Source: Ylistrum balloti (lineage: Eukaryota). From it: a DNA stretch of 64,000 nucleotides. The stretch spans positions 682,001-746,000 of the forward strand of contig NW_026781961.1 in NCBI RefSeq assembly GCF_031769215.1, in the 5' to 3' direction. Positions 34,975 to 48,287 of the stretch are shown one piece after another. The position numbers and the translations under genes were made by a program. The notes under the pieces are model-generated. The model did no database searches. It saw only the letters and a program-made list of their open reading frames with translations, and was not told the origin of the DNA. Numbering within the stretch: position 1 is the stretch's first letter; each line of letters starts with the position of its first letter.

Positions 34975-36065
34975 ACAATGTACCTGGTTATCATGTATGA
35001 TTTATTTGGTCACATGATATTGTGTACCTGGTCGCCATGTATGGTGTATTTGGTCACATGATATTGTGTACCTGGTTACCATGTATGGTTTATTTGGTCA
35101 TATGATATTGTGTACCTGGTTACCATGTATGGTGTGTTTGGTCACATGATATTGTGTACCTGGTTACCATGTATGGTTTATTTGGTCACATGATATTGTG
35201 TACCTGGTTACCATGTATGGTGTATTTGGTCATATGATATTGTGTACCTGGTTACCATGTATGGTTTATTTGGTCACATGATATTGTGTACCTGGTTACC
35301 ATGTATGGTGTGTTTGGTCACATGATATTGTGTACCTGGTTACCATGTATGGTTTATTTGGTCCCATGATATTGTGTACCTGGTTACCATGTATGGTGTG
35401 TTTGGTCACATGATATTGTGTACCTGGTTACCATGTATGGTTTATTTGGTCGCATGATATTGTGTACCTGGTCACCATGTATGTTGTGTTTGGTCACATG
35501 ATATTGTGTACCTGGTTACCATGTATGGTTTATTTGGTCATATGATATTGTGTACCTGGTTACCATGTATGGTGTGTTTGGTCACATGATGTGTACCTGG
35601 TTACCATGTATGGTTTATTTGGTCACATGATATTGTGTACCTGGTTACCATGTATGGTGTATTTGGTCATATGATATTGTGTACCTGGTTACCATGTATG
35701 GTTTATTTGGTCACATGATATTGTGTACCTGGTTACCATGTATGGTGTGTTTGGTCACATGATATTGTGTACCTGGTTACCATGTATGGTGTGTTTGGTC
35801 ACATGATATTGTGTACCTGGTTACCATGTATGGTTTATTTGGTCCCATGATATTGTGTACCTGGTTACCATGTATGGTGTGTTTGGTCACATGATATTGT
35901 GTACCTGGTTACCATGTATGGTTTATTTGGTCACATGATATTGTGTACCTGGTCACCATGTATGTTGTGTTTGGTCACATGATATTGTGTACCTGGTTAC
36001 CATGTATGGTGTATTTGGTCACATAATATTGTGTACCTGGTTACCGTGTATGGTGTATATGTTCA
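34975..36065. repeat. 44-bp minisatellite (dimer of ~22 bp), ~24 copies
   Basis: GTACCTGGTTACCATGTATGGT-TTATTTGGTCACATGATATTGT. Confidence 0.95.
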
Positions 36066-36539
36066 CAAGATATTGTGTAACTAGTCACCAAGAATTGTGT
36101 TTTGGTCACTAGAGATTGTTTATTTGGTCATCAAATATTGTGGACCTGGTCACATTGTGTAGTGTATTTGGTCACCATGTGTTTTGCACTTTGTCACCAG
36201 ATATTGTTTACCTTGTCACCAGATATTGTGTACCTTGTCACCTTGTATTGTGGGTTTGGTCACAATGCATTGTATACCTGGTCAATATTGATACTGTTCA
36301 TCTGGTTTCAGTTCCATATTTTTCAAATTCTTTTCACTAGATCTTTTTTAACAACTTTAATGGTACACTATGGTCAGTTGGTTCCACCTTATGTGTTGAT
36401 ACATGCTGATAAACAGCAAATAATTATTGATTCAGGAAACGTCTATATAGTATAACAAGCATTGCTTGTGACTGATGAGATATTGTACACTTGGGCATTA
36501 GATATTGTAAACCTTGTCATAAGGTTTTTGTATTAGTCA

Positions 36540-37000
36540 TCAGATATTGTGCACCAGGTCATCATATATTTGTTTTACCTGGCCATCAGATATTGTGCAC
36601 CAGGTCATCATATATTTGTTTTACCTGGCCATCAGATATTGTGCACCAGGTCATCATATATTTGTTTTACCTGGCCATCAGATATTGTGCACCAGGTCAT
36701 CATATATTTGTTTTACCTGGCCATCAGATATTGTGCACCAGGTCATCATATATTTGTTTTACCTGGCCATCAGATATTGTGCACCAGGTCATCATATATT
36801 TGTTTTACCTGGCCATCAGATATTGTGCACCAGGTCATCATATATTTGTTTTACCTGGCCATCAGATATTGTGCACCAGGTCATCATATATTTGTTTTAC
36901 CTGGCCATCAGATATTGCGCACCAGTCATTAGATATTGTGTATCTGGTCATCATATATTTGTTTTACCTGGCCATCAGATATTGTGCACCAGGTCATCAT
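36540..37000. repeat. 46-bp minisatellite (dimer of 23 bp), ~9 copies, with degenerate flanks
   Basis: CAGATATTGTGCACCAGGTCATCATATATTTGTTTTACCTGGCCAT. Confidence 0.95.
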
Positions 37001-38544
37001 ATATTTGACATTGTCATCATATATCTGGTCAACATATGTTTTGTACCTAGTTATCAGATATTGTGCACCAGGCCACAGGTAATGTGTATTTGGTCATCAG
37101 TAATTGTGTATCTAGTCATCATATGTTTTATACCTGGTCATCAGATATTGTGTAATTGGTCATCAGATATTGTGTATCTGATCAACATATTTTATATCTT
37201 GTCATCAGATATTGTGCACAGATCATGAGATATTGTGTTCCAGGTCATCAGGTATTTCGTACCAGTCACAAGATAGTGGTATTGTTTCCCTGTCAACCTC
37301 CTTTAAAGTTTATAGGAACGGGTTTTATCATTCACAAACAAAAGAGGAGTATAAAGTGATGCCAGACATTATTTTTGTTCTTTTTCTTAATATTTTGTTT
37401 GATAAACAATGTACCTGTTCATCATTCACTCAGTTGATATCATTTAAGCACATTTCATAGTGATCAAAATGTTAAGCATGATTGTACAATTAACATAGGT
37501 ATGGATGCTTTCCGTTCAAGTGATCCACCTATTTAAAGTTGAAAGCTACCTCTCTTGTTTCATCAGACATCTTCGTATAACCAGTATTAACATTTTAACA
37601 GGAAGTCATCTCTCCCTTACTTTCACCGTGTTTGTCTCCCAGGTGTAATGAGTAAGTTTCCTATCACTGTTCATACAGTTGTAATACTTTTGGACTGTTT
37701 CTAGACAGAAAACATCACACTCACCAAAATTTCGTTGTTTTTAGGGCCACAAAGGTCTTAAATTTGGCTTTTTTTGTTGAAATTCTTGAACATTTGTTGG
37801 TATACAGCCACTTTCAAGGATTTGCTCATTGTTGTAAGCTTGAAGCATTTATGTTACAAAGTGTATGTTGTGTGCCAAACCCCATCCTTATTGTTATCGT
37901 TATGGAGTTGATTTGTTTTGGTGGAGGATTTGTTTTCCTTGGCTTCACTCTGTTCTGGTAGTTTTGCTTGGTTTCTTCAGTCCTAGAGTTTTTTTTTGTT
38001 GGCAGTTGTCCTAATCACCCTACACCTGTGCTGAAAATGTTTGTATGTTTTGATATATGTGCTGTGCAATCAGAGTCCTAAAGGCTCTAGGCAACATGAT
38101 TAAGACAGATTTTCCTCCAGATTAGTATCTTAAAAGGCCTTCATTGATGGCCAACACCATTTCTTAAAGTATGATTTGGTTAATGAATATATATCATAAC
38201 AATGGTATTTATATATATAATGATTATGTAGCATTGTACTCGGACATGTGTGTACATTTGTACATATGATATTGTATATTTGTTAGACTGTCTGGAGTTT
38301 GTTATTTATTATTTAATGTTAGGTATTGTGTGGTTTTTTTCACCACAAATTTATGTTAATTTTAATCACTGAAGTCTGTATTAATAATGGTTGTCTGTTA
38401 AAAGTTAAAAGTAAAATATTGACTCAGATATTTAGAAATCATTTGATTGATAAATTTCAAATTATGAATTCAAATTCAACAAATGCTTTCTGTAAATTTA
38501 CCCCTTACCTGATTTGATGTGATAAAACACATCAATACTACCTG

Positions 38545-39145
38545 GCAAATTAGCACATTGATGAATTTCTTGGCTAATTAGCACAGTGATGAATTTCTTG
38601 GCTAATTAGCACATTGGTGAATTTCTTGGCTAATTAGCACATTAATGAATTTCTTGGCTAATTAGCACAGTGATGATTTTCTTGGCTAATTAGCACATTG
38701 GTGAATATCTTGGCTAATTAGCACAGTGATGAATTTCTTGGCTAATTAGCACATTGGTGAATTTCTTGGCTAATTAGCACATTAATGAATTTCTTGGCTA
38801 ATTAGCACAGTGATGATTTTCTTGGCTAATTAGCACATTAATGAATTTCTTGGCTAATTAGCACATTAATGAATTATCTTGGCTAATTAGCACATTAATG
38901 AATATCTTGGCTAATTAGCACATTTCTTGGCTAATTAGCACATTAATGAATTTCTTGGCTAATTAGCACATTGGTGAATATCTTGGCTAATTAGCACATT
39001 AATGAATTTCTTGGCTAATTAGCACATTGATGAATTTCTTGGCTAATTAGCACATTGGTGAATATCTTGGCTAATTAGCACATTAATGAATTTCTTGGCT
39101 AATTAGCACATTGATGAATTTCTTGGCTAATTAGCATGTTGATGA
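38545..39145. repeat. 28-bp minisatellite with palindromic GCTAATTAGC core, ~21 copies
   Basis: GAATTTCTTGGCTAATTAGCACATTGAT. Confidence 0.95.
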
Positions 39146-39339
39146 ATCGGTGCATCCGCAATAGTCGCTATGTGAACTAAAATATGTTTATGTACAATTA
39201 AAATGTGATTTAATCAGTTATATTTAAGTGTTGATATAATCAAGTGTATTTCCATTAGAGAGATTTTCAACAGTGCTATTGACAGTGTATTCACATGTGA
39301 CTTGTACAGTTGTATATGTGCCATGGAGGACTACTAAAT

Positions 39340-39790
39340 GTAATAATTCTAACGTTGGATACTACTGACTGTCTTTGTAGAACATAATTCTAACGTTGGA
39401 TACTACTGGCTTTCTTTGTAGAACATAATTCTAACGTTGGATACTACTGGCTGTCTTTGTAGAACATAATTCTAACGTTGGATACTACTGGCTGTCTTTG
39501 TAGAACATAATTCTAAAGTTGGATACTACTGGCTGTCTTTGTAGAACATAATTCTAACGTTGGATACTACTGGCTGTCTTTGTAGAACATAATTCTAACG
39601 TTGGATACTACTGGCTGTCTTTGTAGAACATAATTCTAACGTTGGATACTACTGGCTGTCTTTGTAGAACATAATTCTAACGTTGGATACTACTGGCTGT
39701 CTTTGTAGAACATAATTCTAATGCTGGATACTACTGGCTGTCTTTGTAGAACATAATTCTAATGTTGGATACCACTGACTAGCTTTGTAG
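39340..39790. repeat. 41-bp minisatellite, ~11 copies
   Basis: CATAATTCTAACGTTGGATACTACTGGCTGTCTTTGTAGAA. Confidence 0.95.
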
Positions 39791-40404
39791 AAGATAGCTG
39801 GGTTGTTCCTTGAACAAGCTTATATAATATGTACGCTGTACACACTATGGTGACTGATAAAATTTGATCATAATACATGTATTCTATGAGATTAACATAT
39901 TTATAAAAAAAAAACATTTGGTGTTGAATTGCTGTTGTTGGAGTGTTCATTTTCCATATGAATGGTGATTGTAGGCCAAGTTCAGTGACAACATCGTCAT
40001 GTTACAGTATCACTTATATGTATTTACTTAATCATGTACAAATGACATTCATATTGGTTATGAATGCTAACAATCCAAATATGGTTTGAAATATATATAC
40101 TCAATCATGTACAAATTACATTCATATTGGTTATGAATGCTAACCATCCAATTATGGTTTGACTGGGATATTCCAGCTGGAATGCTCAAAAATAAAATAA
40201 TTTGTGTGGGAATCTGTCATACTAATAGGAAAAGTGCTCATTGTTTTAGATATGTTAAACTGGAAAATGGTAGAAAATAAGTAGTGGACTGCTTTGATCA
40301 TATAGACAAATTCAAATTCAGTGTGAAACTCCACACAGGGTATGCTTGCAGAATGACAACAGAAGGAAAAAGAGTTTGTTTAGATATCAATAGACTAAAT
40401 ATTG

Positions 40405-42115
40405 GTTAAAATAGTCAATAAGTTACAATAGACTAAATAGTGGTTTAAATGGTCAATAAGTATTGATAGACTAAACAGTGGTTAAAATGGTCAATAAGTA
40501 TTGATAGACTAAACAGTGGTTAAAATGGTCAATAAGTATTGATAGACTAAACTGGTTAAAATGGTCAATAAGTTTTGATAGACTTAACAGTGGTTAAAAT
40601 AGTCAATAAGTATTGATAGACTAAACAGTGGTTAAAATGGTCAATAAGTATTGATAGACTAAACTGGTTCAAATGGTCAATAAGTATTGATAGACTAAAT
40701 AGTGGTTAAAATAGTCAATAAGTATTGATAGACTAAACAGTGGTTAAAATGGTCAATAAGTTTTGGTAGACTAAACTGGTTAAAATGGTCAATAAGTATT
40801 GATAGACTTAACAGTGGTTAAAATAGTCAATAAGTATTGATAGACTTAACAGTGGTTAAAATGGTCAATAAGTATTGATAGACTAAATAGTGGTTAAAAT
40901 AGTCAATATGTATTGATAGACTAAACAGTGGTTAAAATGGTCATTAAGTATCAATAGACTAAACAGTGGTTAAAATGGTCAATAAGTATCAATAGACTAA
41001 ACAGTGGTTAAAATGGTCAATAAGTATTGATAGACTAAACAGTGGTTAAAATGGTCATTAAGTATTGATAGACTAAACAGTGGTTAAAATGGTCAATAAG
41101 TTTTGATAGACTAAACAGTGGTTAAAATGGTCAATAAGTATCATTAGACTAAACAGTGGTTAAAATGATCAATAAGTATCATTAGACTAAACAGTGGTTA
41201 AAATGGTCAATAAGTATCAATAGACTAAACAGTGGTTAAAATGGTCAATAAGTATCATTAGACTAAACAGTGGTTAAAATGGTCAATAAGTATAATTAGA
41301 CTAAACAGTGGTTAAAATGATCAAGAAGTATCATTAGACTAAACAGTGGTTTAAATGGTCAATAAGTATCATTAGACTAAACAGTGGTTAAAATGGTCAA
41401 TAAGTATTGATAGACTAAACAGTGGTTAAAATGGTCAATAAGTATTGATAGACTAAACAGTGGTTAAAATGGTCAATAAGTATCATTAGACTAAACAGTG
41501 GTTTAAATGGTCAATAAGTATCATTAGACTAAACAGTGGTTAAAATGGTCAATAAGTATTGATAGACTAAACAGTGGTTAAAATGGTCAATAAGTATCAT
41601 TAGACTAAACAGTGGTTAAAATGGTCAATAAGTATCATTAGACTAAACAGTGGTTTAAATGGTGGTTAAAATGGTCAATAAGTATCATTAGACTAAACAG
41701 TGGTTAAAATGGTCAATAAGTATTGATAGACTAAACAGTGGTTAAGATGGTCAATAAGTATCATTAGACTAAACAGTGGTTAAAATGGTCAATAAGTATC
41801 ATTAGACTAAACAGTGGTTAAAATGGTCAATAAGTATTGATAGACTAAACAGTGGTTAAAATGGTCAATAAGTATCATTAGACTAAACAGTGGTTAAAAT
41901 GGTCAATAAGTATCATTAGACTAAACAGTGGTTAAAATGATCAATAAGTATTGATAGACTAAACAGTGGTTAAAATGGTCAATAAGTATCATTAGACTAA
42001 ACAGTGGTTAAAATGGTCAATAAGTATAATTAGACTAAACAGTGGTTAAAATGATCAATAAGTATTGATAGACTAAACAGTGGTTAAAATGGTCAATAAG
42101 TATCATTAGACTAAA
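40405..42115. repeat. 38-bp minisatellite, ~45 copies
   Basis: ATAGACTAAACAGTGGTTAAAATGGTCAATAAGTATTG. Confidence 0.95.
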
Positions 42116-42988
42116 TAGCCAGTAAAATGAATACTTGTTTTATTAGTTATTCATTCCTCTGTATAATTACTGGAAATTCTTCTGATTTTCTCCATTGTTA
42201 TATAGTGTTTTATGTTAATATACATCCTATTTATACCACTTTTATTGTATATGAAAATAAGTTCTATATTTCATACATTAAAAGCATTTGACAAGCTAAT
42301 TGATGTGTTGAGAGTGTATTTTTACAGATGAAATGAAAATATGAAATGGCTAACAGGCAGCCATTTTTTATTTTGACTTTGTAAATTTGTTATTGTCATT
42401 TCTTAGGAAGTGTTGTATTCTGGGACTGATTAGGAAAAAAACCCTAGAAAATGGCTTGGATGGTTGGTCTTAAATGGAAGAACCCTATAAATTACAGATC
42501 CATGAAGGGTGATTGTGATACATAAGACTTGTAATATACTGAAAAGGCAATGTAATCTGTTTTGGATAAGCATTGAATCCTGATGATTTCAGCTGGATAT
42601 TGATATTTTGACCAAATTTAGTCTGAAACATCTTTGGGGAAAAAGAAACTAATGGAAATGGTGGGTTTCAGTCCCAAGGGGTCGGAGTGGTGGGGCTAAT
42701 AATTAAATTATAGGCAAAGCTTTAAAATACTTCTTTTTCTCTTTGGACGAAAGAATTTTAACCTAAATTGGTTTAGAATTTCCATTGGTAAGAGGAAATC
42801 AATTTGGTACAAACTATATAAAGGATGGATTTGAAACAACAGGGGTCTGTGGGCAGTGCCCAATAGGTAAATATAGCAGTTTGTTAGAATGACAGGAATT
42901 TTTCCTAATTTTGTATGAAGGGCAGATTTTATTGGACAAATATATTTAGATAAAGAAATTTTGACGAATTCAAATTTTTCCTGAAGCA

Positions 42989-44070
42989 TTTTTAGCTCAG
43001 CTGGCCAGAAGGCTATAGGGACTTTTTCTACAAAATGCTTCTAGTCATGAATGACAGAGGGGATTTTGACCAAATTTGGTCAAAAGCATTCTTTCGGGAA
43101 GGGGAACATTTTTTTGTATAACTTGTGTGTCCCATCCCCTTAATGAAAGTCCAATGATTGGATTTTGCACAAATTCGATCTGAAGCATCTTTGGATGAAG
43201 GGGGAATCAATTTAGTATAAAATAGTGGATCTCGGCACCATGGAGCATGAGGGGCTGGGCCCAATACGGGAAACAGAGCAAATTATTAAAATTCCTACAC
43301 CTCCTCAAGGAATGATTGGATTTTGTCCCAATTAAGGTCTGAATCATGTTTGGGTGAAGGCAAATCTATTTATTATAAATGGTGGATCTCAGCCTCCTGG
43401 GGCCAAAGGGTTGAGGCCCAATAGGGGTAATAGAGCAAATTCTTAAAAATATTTCTTCTCCATAAGGAATGAATGGATTTTGCCCAAAATTGGTCTGGAG
43501 CATTGCTGGGTGTTGGGGAATCTATTTTGTATAAACGTTCAGTCTTGATCCCCTGGGCCTGAGGGGCAGGGCCCAAGAGGGGAAATAGAGTAAATTCTTT
43601 AAAATCTTGCTCTTGCAGAAATGAATAGACATTTCCCAAATTTAGTCTGAAAAATGATTTAGGTAAGTGGAATCAGTTGTGTACAGTATATTCTAGCCTG
43701 GGGTGGGAGGGATGGAGCCCAACTGGGGAAATCAAGCAAATTCCTTAAAATCCTTCTTCTTCATTAGGAATAGTTAGTTTTGGCCAGAAGCTTTCTTTAA
43801 TGGAGAGAAACAAAGTTTGTATAGGGACTGGTTCTCATATCCCAGGGGACCTTAAGGAAATTTTACAAGTTCTTTAAAACCTTACACTGCCTATGAGAGT
43901 TAATGGATATTGTCCAAATTTGGTCTGAAGTACACTTGGGTGAAGGGGACTAAGTTCTGTATAAACAGTGCATCCCGGCCCCAAAGGCGGGAAGAGGGAT
44001 AAATTGGGGAAGTATAAGTTCTTAAGAGTTCTTACATACAGGGATATTGTCCATGCTTGGTCTGAAGGAA
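42989..44070 (+). mobile_element. HINE-like element with diverged ~160-bp internal tandem repeats
   Basis: The 5' end is TTTTTAGCTCAGCTGGCCAGAAGGC. It is followed by about six diverged units with recurring TTGTATAAAT...GGGGCCC...AAATTCTTAAAA...CTTCTC...CCAAATTTGGTC...AGCAT motifs. The 3' terminal hairpin was not found. Confidence 0.55.
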
Positions 44071-44344
44071 TTTTCATGCATAGTTAATCTGACCTCTGTT
44101 TGACCACAAAGGCGGAACCCAATATAATTATATCAGACATTGTTTGTAATATTTGAAATTGTTTGTATTAAATGGCTGAATAGCTTAATTAGCCAAGTGA
44201 ATGATGCCAGTCCCTTGGACCTCCAGTTATAGATCCAATTTTGTACAAATGGTGAGTGTGTGCACCATGAGGCAGAGGTGTGGGTTCAATAGGGAAAACA
44301 CCTTGGAGGCAGAGATAAGAATTGTAAGGGTGAGGCTTTGTGGG

Positions 44345-44860
44345 TTAGAGGTGGGGGTCCAATGGGAGAAACGACTTGGGGAAGAGGTGGGGGTCCAATG
44401 GGAGAAACTACCTGGGGAAGAGGTGGGGGTCCAATGGGAGAAGCAACCTGGGGAAGAGGTGGGGGTCCAGTTGGAGAAACTACCTGGGGAAGAGACGGGG
44501 GTCCAATGGGAGAAACTACCTGGGGAAGAGGTGGGGGTCCAATGGGAGAAACAACCTGAGGAAGAGGTGGGGTCCAGTGGGAGAAACTACCTGGGGAAGA
44601 GTTGGGGGTCCAATGGGAGAAACAACCTGGGGAAGAGGTGGTGGTCCAATGGGAGAAAAAACCTGGGGAAGAGGTGGGGGTCCAATGGGAGAAACTACCT
44701 GGGAAAGAGGTGGGGGTCCAATGGAAGAAACTACCCGGAGGCATCTAAGTGGGGGTCCAGTCAGAGAAACTACCTGGGGAAGAGGTGGGGGTCCAATGGG
44801 AGAAACTAACTGGGAAAGAGGTGGGGGTCCAATGGGAGAAACTACCTTGGGAAGAGGGGC
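44345..44860 (+). repeat. 36-bp G-rich minisatellite, left part
   Basis: AGAGGTGGGGGTCCAATGGGAGAAACTACCTGGGGA, ~14 copies, degenerate at the outer edge. Confidence 0.9.
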
Positions 44861-45360
44861 TGTTTACCTTTACGCCAACTCTGCAGAACATCAAAGGGAT
44901 TATTTTTCTATTGTTCAAGATAATTGAGGGGCCCCAAGAAGGGGTACTTGGGGTGGTATACAGGTAAACTCAGGTAAATATATCTGATAAATACTCGTAA
45001 CAGTTTTTAAGGTAAGTAATAAGAAATTCAGACATAATATAAACTCAATACATTGTAATTATTTTATTAATATGACATTAATGATAGACCATATGAAGAT
45101 TACAATTAATATAAACATTAATAAGCATATCATCATTTAAATTAAGCACAGAAATCACTTTTTTATTTTTAGTTTTATAATGTAGCACTAAATTCAACAT
45201 ATACATACTAAACTAAATTTTATTAATTGATTTTCAATTTTCAATATTTTATATACAAGCACTATTTTCATAAATTAAATACCTAACAGCACTGATTATT
45301 AGAATGTTCATAAACACGTATGTAGCACTAATTAATATTCACATAAAGCACAGAGTCTAT

Positions 45361-46749
45361 TTATCCAAGATGAAGTAGCTGTGATGCTGAATCAGCGTAG
45401 GTCATCAGGTCAATGGTTCCGTTTCCGTATCTTTCTTTGAGTGTTGTAAGGCGGGGGTCAATGTTGCAGTACTTCTTCGCACGCGGTCGGGTGGTTCCTC
45501 CAGCTTCTCTCTAAATTCTGTTGATGACGTCGGCATTGTCTATTTCCTTGAATGTCTGTATGATGGCAAATATAGTCGGATGAGCGTGTTTCACATTCTT
45601 CTTTAGTTTCCCGTGCCAGGCTTCTAGGTTGTTTGTTGTTCGTGGTCCATCTGTTTGGAAGTGATTCCACAACGGTCTGTCTCCTTCCACCCACTGCTCT
45701 GTAACATAGTCTGTGAAAGGTGTTGTGTTCTGTGGTACTTCAGCGTCTTCTAGATCTTCTAGTGTCCGTAACCATACGTCTTCTATGCAGTCCATGGGTA
45801 CCAGTGGTAGAACAGCTGCACGGCGGATAAGGGTCCTAACATGTTCGTTGTCCCGGTATAGAGTTTGCAGTCCAGTTGTCTGTGCTTTTTTCCATACACT
45901 CTGGGTGAAATGGAAAAAAAAACAGCCTTTCATGGTGATTCCTGGGAATGTCTGGCGAATGGCGTTGTGTACTGCTACTTCAAAGTCGGCGAATGCATGG
46001 GTTGGGGCGAAAGGCAGGTACAGTTGAGTCATGTGTTCCTTGAGTAGGGTAAACAGTCGAGTGTCGATTCTTTGACTCTTTCCTGGTAGTAGCGCAAATA
46101 CGACTGGCGTCATCCTTCCATCAATAACCACATGGATGCTGTAGATCTGATGAAACAAGCTCGGGCACGTGTAAAATGTTCCATCACAGTAGAATGTGTC
46201 GGCAGTTGAGAGATATCGTAGGTTCTCCGTAGTGGCGAAGGCTATAATTCGGTTCTGCTGGTCTCCGTCGTCAAAAAGAAGAAATCTGTCTCCGGTTGAT
46301 GTTTCTGTCCACTTCCCTTCCAGTCTGATGTCAGAAAGAGTCTTTGGTAGCGCTGGGGTTTCCTTTCTGCGGGCTCTGTAGTGTGACGACTTGGCTGTAT
46401 TGAAGGTAGGCAGCCGCTGTACCACCGCTTTGCAGTCTTCATCCCATTCTTCATCTCGGAGCTTGCGGAGTTCTTCTTCGTATATTGCTGGTATGGGTCT
46501 GACTTCTTCAAGACATCTCTTGGTGATGCTGTTTCTGATCTGCTGTGCTACAACTTCTGCATGATCTGCTGGATGGTTGTGTTCCTGTCTTCCAAAAGCA
46601 ACTGGTATGTTGTTAAGGGCAGAGAGGGATCCTCGACAAGATTTTTCACCATTTCTGCGTATGATTCTGTAGATGAAACCATTATAGGCTAAATTCTGGC
46701 CCCCTTTCTTGTTAATTACGAACTTCAAATTCAGCTGTGCGTTTGCCAT
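45361..46749 (-). pseudogene. FLYWCH + Mutator (MULE) DDE transposase, likely inactivated
   Basis: Motifs present: FLYWCH-like start (KKGGQNLAYNGFIY...CRGSL...HNHP), D1 in YCDGTF, D2 in ADFE, GCFFFH and E in RTTNNLEAWH. The TAG at 45511-45513 is followed in frame by REAGGTTRPRAKKYCNIDPRL...LLHLG* (stop 45361-45363), so it appears to be a premature stop. Confidence 0.85.
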
Positions 46750-47184
46750 GTTACTTGATATGAGAGTTTCACTATGAATGTAAAGTATGATGCAGTCGCT
46801 GTATTTATACAGAGTGCAGTTGGCTTGGGGTGTTCAGTGTGATAAGTAATAATGGTTTTTTTCTATTGTTAAATAATATAATTTTCAAATTATTCTTTTT
46901 TTTTATTGAACAATATAAATTTCAAATAATTCTTTTTTCTCCTTAAATTTAAATAATGTAGCATTAAAAAAACATTTTCTTTTTTCCTAACATTTCAATT
47001 TAATTCTCAATTCAAAATCTGAAAATATCCCCATTTATGGCTAAATATTATCAAGTCACAGGTAACTACTCCACAGTAGCTGTTCCCCAGAGCCCCCATG
47101 AGGTACCCCAATTTTGTTGACTTATATGGTAAAAACAACACCAACTGCCATATGTGTTTTTAAGAAAGTTGGCGTAGAGGAAGG

Positions 47185-47480
47185 GATGGGGTCCAATGGG
47201 AGAAACTACCCGGGGAAGAGGTGGGGGTCCAATGGGAGAAACTACCTTGGGAAGAGGTGGGGGTCCAATGGGAGAAACTACCTGGAGGCAGAGGTGGGGG
47301 CCCAATGGGGTAAGCTTCCTGAGGCAGAGGTGGGGGCCCAATGGGGTATGCTTCCTGAGGCAGCGGTGGGGGTCCAATGGGAGAAACTCCCTGGGACAGA
47401 GGTTGGGGTCCACTAGGGAAAATTCCCTGGAGGCAAACAGATGGGGGTCTATTGAGGAAGACACCCTAGAGGCCCAATGG
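47185..47480 (+). repeat. 36-bp G-rich minisatellite, right part (same orientation as the left part)
   Basis: Same unit as 44345-44860, clean at the inner edge and degenerating outward. Confidence 0.9.
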
Positions 47481-48287
47481 GGGAAACAGGATTCAATCTT
47501 TCTTCTCAGTTTAACCAAACAAGGTGAGGAATACTATCCTATGGACCTCTTGCTTGATAAGACTTACCAAATACCTGGTACTTAACTTCTTTTTTGAATA
47601 CTTATGTGTAACCATTTCAAAGATATTAGTATGTATATACACAACTGAGGAAATTTTATAATTAGATTCAGTAATTTTATCTTTTTATCCCTCTATGTCT
47701 GGATATTTCTTAAATAATGATAAACAAATAAAGGCAATGAAACTGAGTTCACTACAAAATATAGGCAATATCTGTAGTCCACAAACAGGGGGTTATCAAT
47801 TAATGTGTTGAAATGTATTCTCAGAAAACTCTGTAATTCTAATTTTAAAAACTATTTCCCATGAGGGAAGGGCTTAGTAAGTTGTCAGAACTAGTGCCTA
47901 ATCCCTTTGATTGTTTTTTTAATGAATAAAGAATGTTTGAACCATTAGGGATTGCTTGTGAATTTCAAAAACTATTTCCCCATATAGGATTTGTTGTGTT
48001 TGCCTGTTCATTCATGATTTTATAAAAGAAAAAAATGTTTCAACATATATTTGTACACGTTTTATATTGATTTCAAATTTAACTGAGTATTCAGTACATC
48101 GCATTGGTGTAGAATATAGGTGAGAATGAGCGCCAACTAATCAGATCTCATGTAATACCTCATGTGATAAATTGCAATGTCATGAGTCACCGACAGGTAA
48201 ACCATTTGGTTATCTCCCGTGGTAATTCAGATGGCGCCTTAATCGCTAAATCCACCTTCGCACCTGTCACAGTACAGCTTTACAATC

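Noticed and set aside
33494-37228. Repeat-peptide ORFs (ACLTRMTPM, IRYCAPGHH and others)
   Set aside because: They coincide exactly with minisatellites, appear on both strands, and have no unique flanking coding sequence.
44201-44967. Gly/Trp-rich ORFs (TWGRGGGPMGET) suggestive of shell or adhesive proteins
   Set aside because: They are the 36-bp G-rich minisatellite, open in several frames, with no signal peptide or exon structure.
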